Source: Candidatus Latescibacterota bacterium (GTDB taxonomy: Bacteria > Latescibacterota > CBDEFO01). From it: a DNA stretch of 64,000 bases. Shown here in pieces: positions 49,824 to 59,491 of this stretch. The notes beneath the pieces are model-generated. The model was not told the DNA's origin. It saw only the letters and a list, made by a program, of their open reading frames with translations, and searched no databases. Position 1 is the first letter of the stretch. Each line of letters opens with the position of its first letter. Location of the stretch: NCBI GenBank assembly GCA_965237525.1, contig CBDEFO010000004.1:320001-384000 (forward strand). Reading direction: 5' to 3'. The position numbers were made by a program, and so were the translations under genes.

Positions 49824-51342
49824 AAGCCTTGTGAAATAGTTATGTCCCAGGCAGCGTGTGAAGCGCCGATTATGGGTCAAAGAGTAGCATATCGTATCGT
49901 TTTGCTGTGGAATAAGCAAAATAGTCTTATCAGAGTTCTGGTCAGCAAGGAACAGGAGCTGTTTGAAGAACAGGATGCACTGTCTTTGACAGACAGGGCA
50001 CACATAGACGCTTTCCCCCTTCTTATGAAAGATACAAGCCTCTTGAGATTCTGTACTGTTGCAACAAGATTCAACTGTTCATTCAGTGAGGCTGGTCCTC
50101 TATAACGGGCTCGTCCCATACCGTGTTGTTGCCTGGCTTCAGCAAAGATATGTTCACTGCGTTTACGGAGTCTCCGGGAGAGTTTGTAGTCAGCTGTTAA
50201 TGAGATAGACCGTGCATGATTTCTGGCTTTCGCCTCTCGCACTTTTCTATCCCGTTCGGCCTGAATATGTGCTGGATTTGTCTTGTTTTTCCATGTAGGA
50301 ATCGGTTCAATCTTCTCATCGGCTCGCAGAGGAATATGGGGTATGATTCCCCGGTCAAGTACATCAGCGATAAAATTACCAGAACCGTAACCGGTATCGG
50401 CACTAAGTGTCTGAATGTCTTTGGGCATGGTGTATGTTTCAAGGTCATCTACCATCTTAAGGGCACTTTCGGGCTCTGCTGTCCCTGTCGCCTGCGTGCC
50501 CTGAGTCTCAAGGATTACTCTGCTTTTTGTGTCGATCAGATCATGGCCCATAAACGAGAGAAAAGCCCCTTTGCCCTTCGATTTGCTGTATAAGCGCGCG
50601 TCGGGGTCTGTAGTCGAACGGTGTGTTTGGTTCGTCCACTTTTCACCATGAAAGTCTTTATCCTGAGGATGCCCGGACCTACCCTTTGTCTTATCACCTT
50701 CAAAACCGATTCCCTTGAGATAATCATCAAGAGAAACAGGGGGTTCTATCGGCTCAATACTTTTCACTGAAGCATCAGCTTGTATCTGAGTGCCGTCGAC
50801 ACTAAGGTGTTTACCGCTCACAAGACCGACATCTATGCAACACTGGACTACCTGACGCATTATCCGTTCAAACAACCCACTGGATGCCCACTTGTGATTG
50901 CGAAGCTTGTTGATCGTGCTCCTATCCGGAACCGCATCATCAAATGTCTGATGACAAAACAACCGATATGCCGCATGCATCCCCACTTCCTGACAGAGCC
51001 GATTCTCACTCAAATTATACAGATAGCCAATAAGGATCATTCGAACAACTAATTCAGGATCAATACCGGGTCTGCCATTGTCAGGGCAATAACAATCTGA
51101 TACAACGTCTCGTACAAATGAAAAATCAACTGCCTCATCAATCTGACGAAGGATATGATCCTCGGGAACTAAATCCTCCATCTGAAAATAGTGAAACATC
51201 GGATTTGTCTGTTCCTGCTTTTGTGGGGTCATTGTTTCCTCCATGTATAATATTATCAATAACATAATATAATACATCGGAGCTGCTTTATCAATGCTTG
51301 TTTTATACTATTTTCTGAATCTAAGGGTTTTTCACAAGGCTT
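49824..51342 (-). mobile_element. IS1182-family element, copy 2 (1519 bp, TSD TTAG)
   Basis: Same 13-bp TIRs. TTAG at 49820-49823 and 51343-51346. Confidence 0.92.
49877..51277 (-). CDS. IS1182-family transposase
   Basis: Near-identical to 23086-24486. Confidence 0.9.
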   Translation of the reverse strand: MYYIMLLIILYMEETMTPQKQEQTNPMFHYFQMEDLVPEDHILRQIDEAVDFSFVRDVVSDCYCPDNGRPGIDPELVVRMILIGYLYNLSENRLCQEVGMHAAYRLFCHQTFDDAVPDRSTINKLRNHKWASSGLFERIMRQVVQCCIDVGLVSGKHLSVDGTQIQADASVKSIEPIEPPVSLDDYLKGIGFEGDKTKGRSGHPQDKDFHGEKWTNQTHRSTTDPDARLYSKSKGKGAFLSFMGHDLIDTKSRVILETQGTQATGTAEPESALKMVDDLETYTMPKDIQTLSADTGYGSGNFIADVLDRGIIPHIPLRADEKIEPIPTWKNKTNPAHIQAERDRKVREAKARNHARSISLTADYKLSRRLRKRSEHIFAEARQQHGMGRARYRGPASLNEQLNLVATVQNLKRLVSFIRRGKASMCALSVKDSASCSSNSSCSLLTRTLIRLFCLFHSKTIRYATL

Positions 51343-51557
51343 TTAGTTCGACTATGATGGGGCTTTTCGGAGGATTAGGTGTCCTATTTTAGCTATAACT
51401 TTTAACATCCCCAGAAACGTCAAAGAAGCCGGATCTCAAGAGAATCTCAAAGAGGAGTTTAGGAGTCAATTTTAGCTACGAAGAGAATAGGTAAAACAGG
51501 TTGCGTATAGAGAAGAAGCCCTCGAAAGGAAGTTATCAGAAGAAAGAGAATAGATAA

Positions 51558-53117
51558 ATGGAATTTCCGATACTGACATTCGTCATATTCTTTCCCCTTG
51601 CAGGAGCTATTATATTAGCCCTTTTGAAGGCTGAAAACGCAGGGGCCATAAAGTTGCTCGCCCTCACCTTTTCAACAGTTGAGTTTATCGGATCGCTGTA
51701 TCTGTTCTTCAAATTCGATCCCGACACACACCTCATGCAGTTCGTCCAGAAGTCCGAATGGATAGGAGAACTCGGCATCAACTATTACCTCGGCATAGAT
51801 GGAATAAGCCTTTTTTTGGTCCTTATAACTACATTTCTCGCACCTATATGCATTCTGGCATCGTGGACGGCTATACAGAGGAGCACAAGGGGCTTCTTCG
51901 CCTCACTTCTGCTTTTAGAGGCGGGGATGCTCGGCGTCTTTTGCGCCTTAGACATGTTCTTATTCTTCGTCTTCTGGGAGGCGATGCTTCTCCCTATGTA
52001 CTTTATCATAGGGATCTGGGGACACGAAAGGAGAATCTACGCGGCTATGAAGTTCGTGCTCTTCACGATGGCGGGAAGCGCCCTAATGTTGGTCGCTATC
52101 CTTGCGCTCTATTTTGCAAATCACACGGCTACAGGGCAATACACATTCGACCTTTTGAGTCTCTACGCCACGCCCCTTTCAAAGAACGCCCAGTACTGGC
52201 TCTTTCTGGCCTTTGCACTGGCTTTTGCCATCAAAGTTCCCCTATTTCCTCTGCATACATGGCTTCCTGACGCCCATGTGGAGGCTCCGACAGCCGGAAG
52301 CGTAATACTGGCGGGGGTGTTGCTGAAGATGGGGACTTATGGGTTTATAAGATTCTGTCTACCACTCTTTCCCGAAGCGTCTTTTTACTTTACGCCGTTG
52401 ATATGTGTCCTTTCTCTCATCGGCATAATCTATGGGGCACTCGTGGCAATGATGCAAAAGGACCTCAAAAAGTTGGTTGCGTATTCGAGCGTCAGCCACC
52501 TGGGGTTTGTGACGTTAGGGATATTTGCCTTCACGCCTGAGGGGATGTCAGGCGGGATACTTCAGATGATAAATCACGGCTTGAGCACAGGTGCGCTATT
52601 TTTGATCGTCGGCATGATCTACAATAGAAGACACACCAGACTGATCTCGGAGTTCGGCGGACTCTCAAGGCAGATGCCGATATTTGCCGCCTTCTTTTTG
52701 ATATTTACGCTGTCTTCGATAGGGCTCCCCGGACTCAACGGCTTTGTCGGGGAGTTCCTTATTCTCTTGGGGACGTTCGTCTCAGCGAACGACGGAGCAA
52801 TCGTATACGCCGTCATCGCCACGTCGGGAGTCATATTCGCTGCTGTCTATATGCTCTGGATGTTCCAGAGAGTTATGCTCGGAGGGATCACAAAGGATGA
52901 GAACAGGAGATTGAAAGACGTCAACATAAGAGAAATATTTGTGCTTGCTCCCATAGTCCTCTTTATCATATTCATAGGGGTCTATCCCAGACCGTTCTTG
53001 AGCAAAATGGAGCGCTCTGTGGAGCACGTTCTATACCAGGTCAGGATAGAAAAGAGTGCCTATGCGGACTATAGAGACCCGATTAAGGACACGGTTTCAA
53101 GTATCGGATCGAAATGA
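51558..53117 (+). CDS. nuoM: NADH-quinone oxidoreductase subunit M
   Basis: KVPLFPLHTWLPDAHVEAPT, LLKMG, GLPGLNGFVGE. Confidence 0.96.
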   Translation: MEFPILTFVIFFPLAGAIILALLKAENAGAIKLLALTFSTVEFIGSLYLFFKFDPDTHLMQFVQKSEWIGELGINYYLGIDGISLFLVLITTFLAPICILASWTAIQRSTRGFFASLLLLEAGMLGVFCALDMFLFFVFWEAMLLPMYFIIGIWGHERRIYAAMKFVLFTMAGSALMLVAILALYFANHTATGQYTFDLLSLYATPLSKNAQYWLFLAFALAFAIKVPLFPLHTWLPDAHVEAPTAGSVILAGVLLKMGTYGFIRFCLPLFPEASFYFTPLICVLSLIGIIYGALVAMMQKDLKKLVAYSSVSHLGFVTLGIFAFTPEGMSGGILQMINHGLSTGALFLIVGMIYNRRHTRLISEFGGLSRQMPIFAAFFLIFTLSSIGLPGLNGFVGEFLILLGTFVSANDGAIVYAVIATSGVIFAAVYMLWMFQRVMLGGITKDENRRLKDVNIREIFVLAPIVLFIIFIGVYPRPFLSKMERSVEHVLYQVRIEKSAYADYRDPIKDTVSSIGSK

Positions 53118-54712
53118 TTATAGAGATCCAAAATAGTAGACAGCATACAGGGAGATTGCTTCGGGGTGAACCCCCTCGCAATGACAAAAGGGAGAGGTCA
53201 TTGCGAGGGGGTTCACCCCGAAGCAATCTCAAGAGAGGGGAAAGGCGGTGCCCCTGTCTACTGTCTACTGTCTACTGTCTACTTGTCCTTGCTGTACTTG
53301 CTCTGATCCTCCCCGTGGCGTGTGGGGCGAGCAGTGGCCAGGGGCAAGATCACACTGGAGCTGTACTCGGAAAGGTCTTGCCGCTGTGGTCTCTTATTCC
53401 CTTTGTCGGCTTACTTCTTTCTATCGCTATCTTTCCCCTTGCGGCTCCGATATTCTGGCATCATCATTTCGGAAAGATCTCCGCCGCGTGGGCTTTGATT
53501 TTTGCCATTCCCTTTACGGCTGCTTACGGAGGTGAAGCTCTGCGCGAAATACTGCATATATACATAATCGATTACATACCCTTTATTATACTCTTGTGGG
53601 TGCTCTTTACGGTCTCCGGCGGGATACTTGTGAGCGGTACTCTAAAGGGGACTCCCATCGTCAACACGACGATTCTGCTCATAGGCACAACAATAGCGTC
53701 CTGGGTAGGCACTACAGGGGCGTCAATGCTCCTTATCAGGCCTCTTATAAGGGCTAACGAACACAGAAGGAGCAAGTTGCACATTGTGGTATTCTTCATA
53801 TTCCTAGTCAGCAACATAGGAGGATCGTTGACTCCACTGGGAGATCCACCCCTATTCCTGGGATTTCTCCACGGGGTCGGCTTTTTCTGGACTTTCAACT
53901 TATTCCCGCACATGGCGTTCGTCAGTATCGTGCTTATGATATTGTTTTATATAATTGACAGTGTTCTATATGCACGCGAAAGACCTAATCCAACGGATGC
54001 AGAAGTAGAAGAACAAATCGAGAAGAAACCTCTGAGAATCGAGGGTCTTCACAACCTTATATTCCTTTTGGGAGTGATAGGTGGAGTCTTGATGAGCGGC
54101 CTGTGGAGACCCGGGGCTGTGACTCTGGCGGGAGTCCACGTGGAAATCCAGAATATCACAAGGGACATGACGCTGATAGTTATGGGGCTTTTATCTCTTT
54201 GGTTCACATCGAAAGAACTCAGAGTCGCCAATGGATTTACGTGGTTCCCCATAAAAGAGGTGGCGTATCTATTTGCCGGCATATTCATGTGCATAATCCC
54301 CGCTCTTGCCATATTAAAGGCTGGGACAGAGGGAGCACTGGGGTCTCTTATACAGGCGGTTAAAGAACCGTGGCACTACTTCTGGATTACGGGGATACTT
54401 TCAAGCTTCCTGGATAATGCGCCCACCTACTTGACGTTCTTGAACACAGCTCTGGGAAACTTCTTTCCCGGACTTCCTGAACTTGAGGCTGTGCATCTGC
54501 TCATTGAACGGCAGGAGATATACCTCAAAGCTATATCTGCAGGTGCGGTCTTTATGGGAGCAACCAGTTATATCGGGAACGCTCCGAACTTTATGGTTAG
54601 ATCCATCGCAGAGGAGAACGGAATAAAGATGCCGAGCTTCTTCGGATATATGATCTACTCCGTCATGATTTTGATGCCCCTGTTTGTGGTAGTTACATTC
54701 GTCTTTTTCTAA
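53114..54712 (+). CDS. Sodium:proton antiporter-like (IT superfamily) membrane protein with a repeat-derived N-terminus
   Basis: GTTGASMLLIRP, SNIGGSLTPLGDPPLFLGF, SSFLDNAPTY, YIGNAPNFMV. Confidence 0.85.
   Translation: MIIEIQNSRQHTGRLLRGEPPRNDKRERSLRGGSPRSNLKRGERRCPCLLSTVYCLLVLAVLALILPVACGASSGQGQDHTGAVLGKVLPLWSLIPFVGLLLSIAIFPLAAPIFWHHHFGKISAAWALIFAIPFTAAYGGEALREILHIYIIDYIPFIILLWVLFTVSGGILVSGTLKGTPIVNTTILLIGTTIASWVGTTGASMLLIRPLIRANEHRRSKLHIVVFFIFLVSNIGGSLTPLGDPPLFLGFLHGVGFFWTFNLFPHMAFVSIVLMILFYIIDSVLYARERPNPTDAEVEEQIEKKPLRIEGLHNLIFLLGVIGGVLMSGLWRPGAVTLAGVHVEIQNITRDMTLIVMGLLSLWFTSKELRVANGFTWFPIKEVAYLFAGIFMCIIPALAILKAGTEGALGSLIQAVKEPWHYFWITGILSSFLDNAPTYLTFLNTALGNFFPGLPELEAVHLLIERQEIYLKAISAGAVFMGATSYIGNAPNFMVRSIAEENGIKMPSFFGYMIYSVMILMPLFVVVTFVFF
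53152..53230. repeat. Perfect 34-bp-arm inverted repeat (GAGATTGCTTCG..CGCAATGAC family)
   Basis: Arms 53152-53185 and 53197-53230. Degenerate relatives near 5064-5130, 33341-33457, 36445-36520, 37755-37804 and 41997-42140. Confidence 0.9.
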
Positions 54713-54774
54713 GGAAAGCAAAAAGTAGGTAGTAGGCAGGGGGCGGATGTGCCCTGTCTACTGTCTACTTGTTT

Positions 54775-56223
54775 ATGGATGCCTCCATACCGGACATGAA
54801 CTGGACGATCATCTCGCCCGCACTGATAGTTACGGGCACGGCTCTTGTGGCGATGATCGCAGATATGATCTCTCCGAGGGGCAGCAAGGCGGCCCTGCTC
54901 AGTTTTGTAGGGATTATGTTGGCTATCTTTCAGTCCATCAGACTGTGGGGGAGTCGGGACATATCCTTCAGCAATATGGTCGCTCTGGACAACTACACCA
55001 TCTTCTTCAATATCATATTCCTCATCGGTACGGCACTTACTATTGGGATTTCCCTCACCTACGTCAAGAGGGAAAAGATAGACAGAGCAGAATATTACAT
55101 CCTTCTGCTTTTGGCAACGGTCGGGATGATGTTGTTAGCTGCGGGGACGGATTTGATCATGATCTTCTTAGGACTTGAACTTTTGTCCATTTCTCAGTAT
55201 ATTCTAGCAGGGTTCATGAGGCGCGAACCTGCCTCCAACGAGTCAGCACTGAAATACTTTCTTTTGGGCGCCTTTGCCACAGGATTCTTATTATACGGAA
55301 TGGCGCTTGTCTACGGCGGGTGCGGGACTACAAACCTTGGGGGCATAACCGATTACATATCGAGCACTACGGCGGCAGAATCCCCGCTCCTTTTAGTTGG
55401 AGGCCTTTTGATCCTCGTCGGCCTGGGCTTCAAGATAGCCCTCGTGCCGTTTCACATGTGGGTTCCGGATGTCTATGAGGGCGCTCCCACGGCGATCACG
55501 GCTTTTATATCCGCAGGCCCTAAAGCCGCAGGATTCGCCGCCCTTTTGAGGGTCTTTGTGCTCACGTTCGAGGTGATGCAAGGTGAGTGGATCGCGATAG
55601 TGTGGGTCATCGCCGCATTGACAATGACCGTGGGAAATGTAATAGCCATATCGCAGAACAATATAAAAAGGATGTTGGCTTATTCGAGCATCGCCCACGC
55701 AGGATATGCTTTGGTAGCGCTCGTGGCGTCGGGGGAGGAGGGCGTTTCAAGTCTTATCTTCTACCTTTTAGTCTATACGCTTATGAATATAGGGGCGTTC
55801 GGAATCCTGATAATGATGGGAAGAGAAGGAGCAGAGAACCTCACCTTTGACTCGTATTCGGGTCTCGGATTTAAACGCCCCGTGGTCGCCCTTTTGATGA
55901 CCCTTTTTATGATGTCGCTTGCGGGATTTCCTCCGACAGCAGGATTTATAGGGAAGTTCTATATCTTCAGAGCGGCAATAAAGGCAGGATTTACAGGACT
56001 GGTCATCGTCGCTGTTGTAAATAGCGTTATCTCAGTTTACTACTACCTGAGAGTTGTGGTAGTAATGTATATGAGAGAACCTGAGGAAGTTCCGATTTCT
56101 CAATCTTCTCCGGCTCTCTTATCATTGACCCTTGCGCTTTGTGCCCTCGGAGTAATCGGAATGGGCATTATGCCCTCGCGGCTTTTGGAATTAGCCGTAC
56201 AGTCCGCCCTGTCTATTATGTAG
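54775..56223 (+). CDS. nuoN: NADH-quinone oxidoreductase subunit N
   Basis: ESALKYFLLG, FKIALVPFHMWVPDVYEGAP, KRMLAYSSIAH. Confidence 0.96.
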   Translation: MDASIPDMNWTIISPALIVTGTALVAMIADMISPRGSKAALLSFVGIMLAIFQSIRLWGSRDISFSNMVALDNYTIFFNIIFLIGTALTIGISLTYVKREKIDRAEYYILLLLATVGMMLLAAGTDLIMIFLGLELLSISQYILAGFMRREPASNESALKYFLLGAFATGFLLYGMALVYGGCGTTNLGGITDYISSTTAAESPLLLVGGLLILVGLGFKIALVPFHMWVPDVYEGAPTAITAFISAGPKAAGFAALLRVFVLTFEVMQGEWIAIVWVIAALTMTVGNVIAISQNNIKRMLAYSSIAHAGYALVALVASGEEGVSSLIFYLLVYTLMNIGAFGILIMMGREGAENLTFDSYSGLGFKRPVVALLMTLFMMSLAGFPPTAGFIGKFYIFRAAIKAGFTGLVIVAVVNSVISVYYYLRVVVVMYMREPEEVPISQSSPALLSLTLALCALGVIGMGIMPSRLLELAVQSALSIM

Positions 56224-56231
56224 GGTGAAGG

Positions 56232-56480
56232 ATGAACATAGATCAAAAGGGAGGATGGAGATTAGCGGGCGAACTTAGTGTTATAGGTCTGACGTTAGTC
56301 CTCTCCACAGCTATAGGATATTTCCTCGGCGCATGGGTAGGCGAAAGTTTGGGAAGTAAAACCTGGGGAGGATTTATCGGAGCGATCCTGGGGATCGCCG
56401 CAGGATTTATGCAGATGTTCAAGACGTTTAAGAAGTACCTGGAAGAATTAGATGCACAGAATAAGGATAAAGGGACATAA
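56232..56480 (+). CDS. AtpZ/AtpI-family ATP synthase accessory protein
   Basis: Two TM helices with G..IG..LG pattern, at the head of the atp genes. Confidence 0.75.
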   Translation: MNIDQKGGWRLAGELSVIGLTLVLSTAIGYFLGAWVGESLGSKTWGGFIGAILGIAAGFMQMFKTFKKYLEELDAQNKDKGT

Positions 56481-56901
56481 GGACTTCAAGCCCTTGGAAA
56501 TAGATGAGAACTTCCTTCTGAGGGTCTATCGGACGTCAATTTGGGTGGGGATATTTGCCTTTTTGTGGATATGGATTTACTTAGGACAAAGGGTGGCTTT
56601 AAGCTTCATCATAGGTGCGGCTGTGAGTCTAATATTTCTAAGGACTCTGGAATACGCAGTTAAAAAATACATAACTCCTCAAAAGAAAAAACCTAAACCG
56701 ATGATCCTCATAACAGCGTTGATTAAATTTCCTCTCCTGATGGTGCTTTTCTACTTTCTTGTAAAAGCAGAATGGCCGAACTTAGCGGCTTTGGTTGTGG
56801 GATTAGGATTGGTGCAGGCTATCATAATACTCAAAGCCTTCGGAATAGTACTTGTAAACGCAGTGAATTCGAGACCGATGAATAAGGAGAGATGTCCTTG
56901 A
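56452..56901 (+). CDS. atpI: ATP synthase protein I
   Basis: Four TM helices, immediately before atpB. True start may be ~56494. Confidence 0.7.
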   Translation: MHRIRIKGHKDFKPLEIDENFLLRVYRTSIWVGIFAFLWIWIYLGQRVALSFIIGAAVSLIFLRTLEYAVKKYITPQKKKPKPMILITALIKFPLLMVLFYFLVKAEWPNLAALVVGLGLVQAIIILKAFGIVLVNAVNSRPMNKERCP

Positions 56902-57740
56902 ATATCAACAAGATCCTGTTTGTTATCCTCATAGCTATATCCGTAGTGACGGCGACAACCCCACTTTGGGCTGCCGAAGCTGAAGGACGTCACGAGGAAG
57001 AAGGCCACGAACACCATCACTCCTGGCTCCATATACTCAACAGGGGTCCTATAGCGGAAATATCAGAGAATCTGAAAGAACAACACGACCTCATACCGAA
57101 CACATATTTTATGATCCTGGTGATCGGCATTTTCGTTATACTGGCTACGAGGAACCTCAAGCCCCTTCCGGCAGGGAAGCTCCAGAACTTTATGGAGATG
57201 GTAGTCGGCGGGCTTATGGATTTCTTCACGGACATAGTAGGTGAACGCGGGAGAAAGTACACGCCCTTTATGGGATCGTTCTTCATCTTCATACTATGCC
57301 TTAATATATTAGGGCTCGTACCAGGATTCCAATCTCCCACAGCGGACTTGAATACCACACTTGCCATGGCCCTGGTCGCAATCTCAGGAGTTCAGGTCAT
57401 AGCCATAAAGGAGCTCGGTTTTATCCCATATATCAAGCACTTTCTGGGAGAACCTATGTGGCTCGGTCCCCTTATGTTTCCTCTGCACCTTATAGGAGAA
57501 CTTGCGAAAATTATGTCCCTTTCCATCCGACTATTTGGAAATATCTTTGGTGAGGACACGATAATAATCGTCCTTGCAACTCTTGCGGTAACTTTCTTGC
57601 CTATGTGGCTACCTGTCCCTTTCCAACTGCCCATGATGCTTTTTGGACTTTTCACAAGTTTAATACAGGCTTTAGTCTTTTCACTTTTGACAGCGATATA
57701 TCTTGCCACCTTTATAAGCGAACATCACGAGGAACACTAA
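56892..57740 (+). CDS. atpB: F0 subunit a with signal-like and His-rich N-terminus
   Basis: SPTADLN, SLSIRLFGN, IQALVFSLL. Confidence 0.95.
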   Translation: MSLNINKILFVILIAISVVTATTPLWAAEAEGRHEEEGHEHHHSWLHILNRGPIAEISENLKEQHDLIPNTYFMILVIGIFVILATRNLKPLPAGKLQNFMEMVVGGLMDFFTDIVGERGRKYTPFMGSFFIFILCLNILGLVPGFQSPTADLNTTLAMALVAISGVQVIAIKELGFIPYIKHFLGEPMWLGPLMFPLHLIGELAKIMSLSIRLFGNIFGEDTIIIVLATLAVTFLPMWLPVPFQLPMMLFGLFTSLIQALVFSLLTAIYLATFISEHHEEH

Positions 57741-57904
57741 GAACATTCATTGCACAGGGATAGAAAGGAGGCATGCCCCGATAGATTCAATCGGGAACGT
57801 TATAGTAACTCAAAGCCAACTTTGAGGTATTCGAACCTCATTTGTAATGAAATATGTAGGAATCCAATGTACATCACCAAACTTTTCAAATCAGGGAGGG
57901 AAAG

Positions 57905-58186
57905 ATGCTCTACTTTGCAGTCTTAGCGTTCGCAGTGGGACTGGGACTTCCGATAGCTGTTCTTGCAGCGTCAACAGCCCAGGGAAGGGCCACCTCGACA
58001 GCGTTGGAAGGGATAGCTCGACAACCTGAGGCGGCAGGAAGGATTCAGCTTGCGATGATCATCGGATTGGCTCTGATAGAGTCACTTGTCATCTACTCGC
58101 TTTTGATGTTCTTCCTCCTGCAGGATCGACTGCCGAGCTATGAACAGGTTATAGAGATCATCAAAGCCACGGCTGCAGGAGGATGA
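57905..58186 (+). CDS. atpE: F0 subunit c
   Basis: [18 protein letters not shown]. Confidence 0.95.
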   Translation: MLYFAVLAFAVGLGLPIAVLAASTAQGRATSTALEGIARQPEAAGRIQLAMIIGLALIESLVIYSLLMFFLLQDRLPSYEQVIEIIKATAAGG

Positions 58187-58273
58187 TCTGCAAGGCATCC
58201 GAGCCAACGTTGAAGCTGGTGTGATAGGGCAGAGTTGTAAGTTTTGCCCCATCGAACCCGGGGAGGGCAATTA

Positions 58274-58792
58274 GTGGAAGATTTATTTCACAACTTGGGA
58301 ATAGATCCCAGAGCTATAATCATCCAAGCTGCGGGCTTTTTGATAGTTTTCTTGATACTGTGGAAGTACGCCTTCGGGAAGGTGGGAGAACTTTTGCAAA
58401 ACCGCCAAAGCGGAGTCTTGGAAAGAACCCACAAGCTGGAAGAGGACCAGGCTGAGTTGGAAAGGCTTCAATCCGAAGTTCAGCGGCGTCTGGAGGACAT
58501 GGAGTCAGAGTCCAGGGTCAGAATGCAGGAGATAATAGAAAGAGCTGAGTCCGAAAGAGATAAGATGCTGGAAGAGGCTCGCCAGAAGGCAGAAAGTGAA
58601 TTGGAGCGAAATCGACGGGAGATAGAGCGAGATCAAGATACCGCTCTTCGGGAGATAAAAGGTACCGTAGCGGACCTTGCGATAACCGCCGCCGAGAGAA
58701 TTCTCGACGAGGAACTCGATGCAGATAGACACAAAAAGATGCTGGACTCTCTTATAGAGGGCATGCCCGAAGACAATTCACAACAACCCTGA
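58274..58792 (+). CDS. atpF: F0 subunit b
   Basis: GTG after GGAGG; TM helix plus coiled coil. Confidence 0.9.
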   Translation: MEDLFHNLGIDPRAIIIQAAGFLIVFLILWKYAFGKVGELLQNRQSGVLERTHKLEEDQAELERLQSEVQRRLEDMESESRVRMQEIIERAESERDKMLEEARQKAESELERNRREIERDQDTALREIKGTVADLAITAAERILDEELDADRHKKMLDSLIEGMPEDNSQQP

Positions 58793-58876
58793 ATATATGT
58801 CCCCCAAAAGGTCGCATGTGATAAAGTAGGAGCGAGATTACCTCGTCCTGCAGGGAATAGAAGGAGGCTTTTACAG

Positions 58877-59413
58877 GTGACTATGGCGAAGGTTGCGCGC
58901 CGCTACGCCCAAGCTTTCTTAGACGCGGCAGCGGAAAGAGGAATTCTTGAAGAGGTCAGATCAGATGCAGAGGGACTCCTGCAACTTTTGGAGGACTCAG
59001 ACGACTTTCAAAGCTTCCTCAAGAATCCTATTATAGAGACAAGATTCAAAAGACAGACCTTTCAGGAGCTATTCGAAGACAAGCTTAATCGGATCACGCT
59101 CAACTTCTTGTGCATCTTGGCTGATCAAGACCGGGAGAGCTTACTCAAGGAGATATTGCAGGAGTCACTGAGGCTTTTCGATGAGCGCGAAGGCATAATC
59201 GCCGCCGAAGTTAAGAGCGCAGTGGAGCTGACGGAAGAACAGAAGGAGCGCCTCGAAGAGAAGCTATCGATCTACTCCGGCAAAAAGGTCCGTGCCGAAG
59301 TGTCTGTAGAACCGTCTTTAAAGGGAGGATTCGTAGTCAACCTGCAGGACACCGTAATAGATGCGAGTTTGGCAAAACAACTTGAACTTATGAAAATGAA
59401 AATGATCGGATAA
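58877..59413 (+). CDS. atpH: F1 subunit delta
   Basis: VARRYAQA, SLKGG, IDASL. Confidence 0.93.
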   Translation: MTMAKVARRYAQAFLDAAAERGILEEVRSDAEGLLQLLEDSDDFQSFLKNPIIETRFKRQTFQELFEDKLNRITLNFLCILADQDRESLLKEILQESLRLFDEREGIIAAEVKSAVELTEEQKERLEEKLSIYSGKKVRAEVSVEPSLKGGFVVNLQDTVIDASLAKQLELMKMKMIG

Positions 59414-59491
59414 AAGAAGTAGATGGCATACAGGGAGGGGAGAAGTGCTCTGCCTACTGTCTACTGTCCATTTTTTAAGGAGGTTCTGTAA

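Larger units (their letters stand above)
49581..51392 (+). pseudogene. Small signal-peptide/coiled-coil/TM gene, frameshifted and interrupted by IS1182-like copy 2
   Basis: Removing the IS and one TTAG rejoins ..IEKRVDDI-SSTMMGLFGGLGVLF. The ATG at 49581 is out of frame with the coiled-coil segment. Confidence 0.55.

Noticed and set aside
23021..51342. 28-kb composite transposon or inversion bounded by the two inverted IS1182-like copies
   Set aside because: Copy 2's own flanks rejoin into one reading frame (simple insertion), and the enclosed genes are housekeeping in normal order.
53255..53283. (TGTCTAC)n heptamer runs as CRISPR or a phase-variable SSR
   Set aside because: Only 2-4 units, dispersed at many intergenic sites as part of a repeat family.
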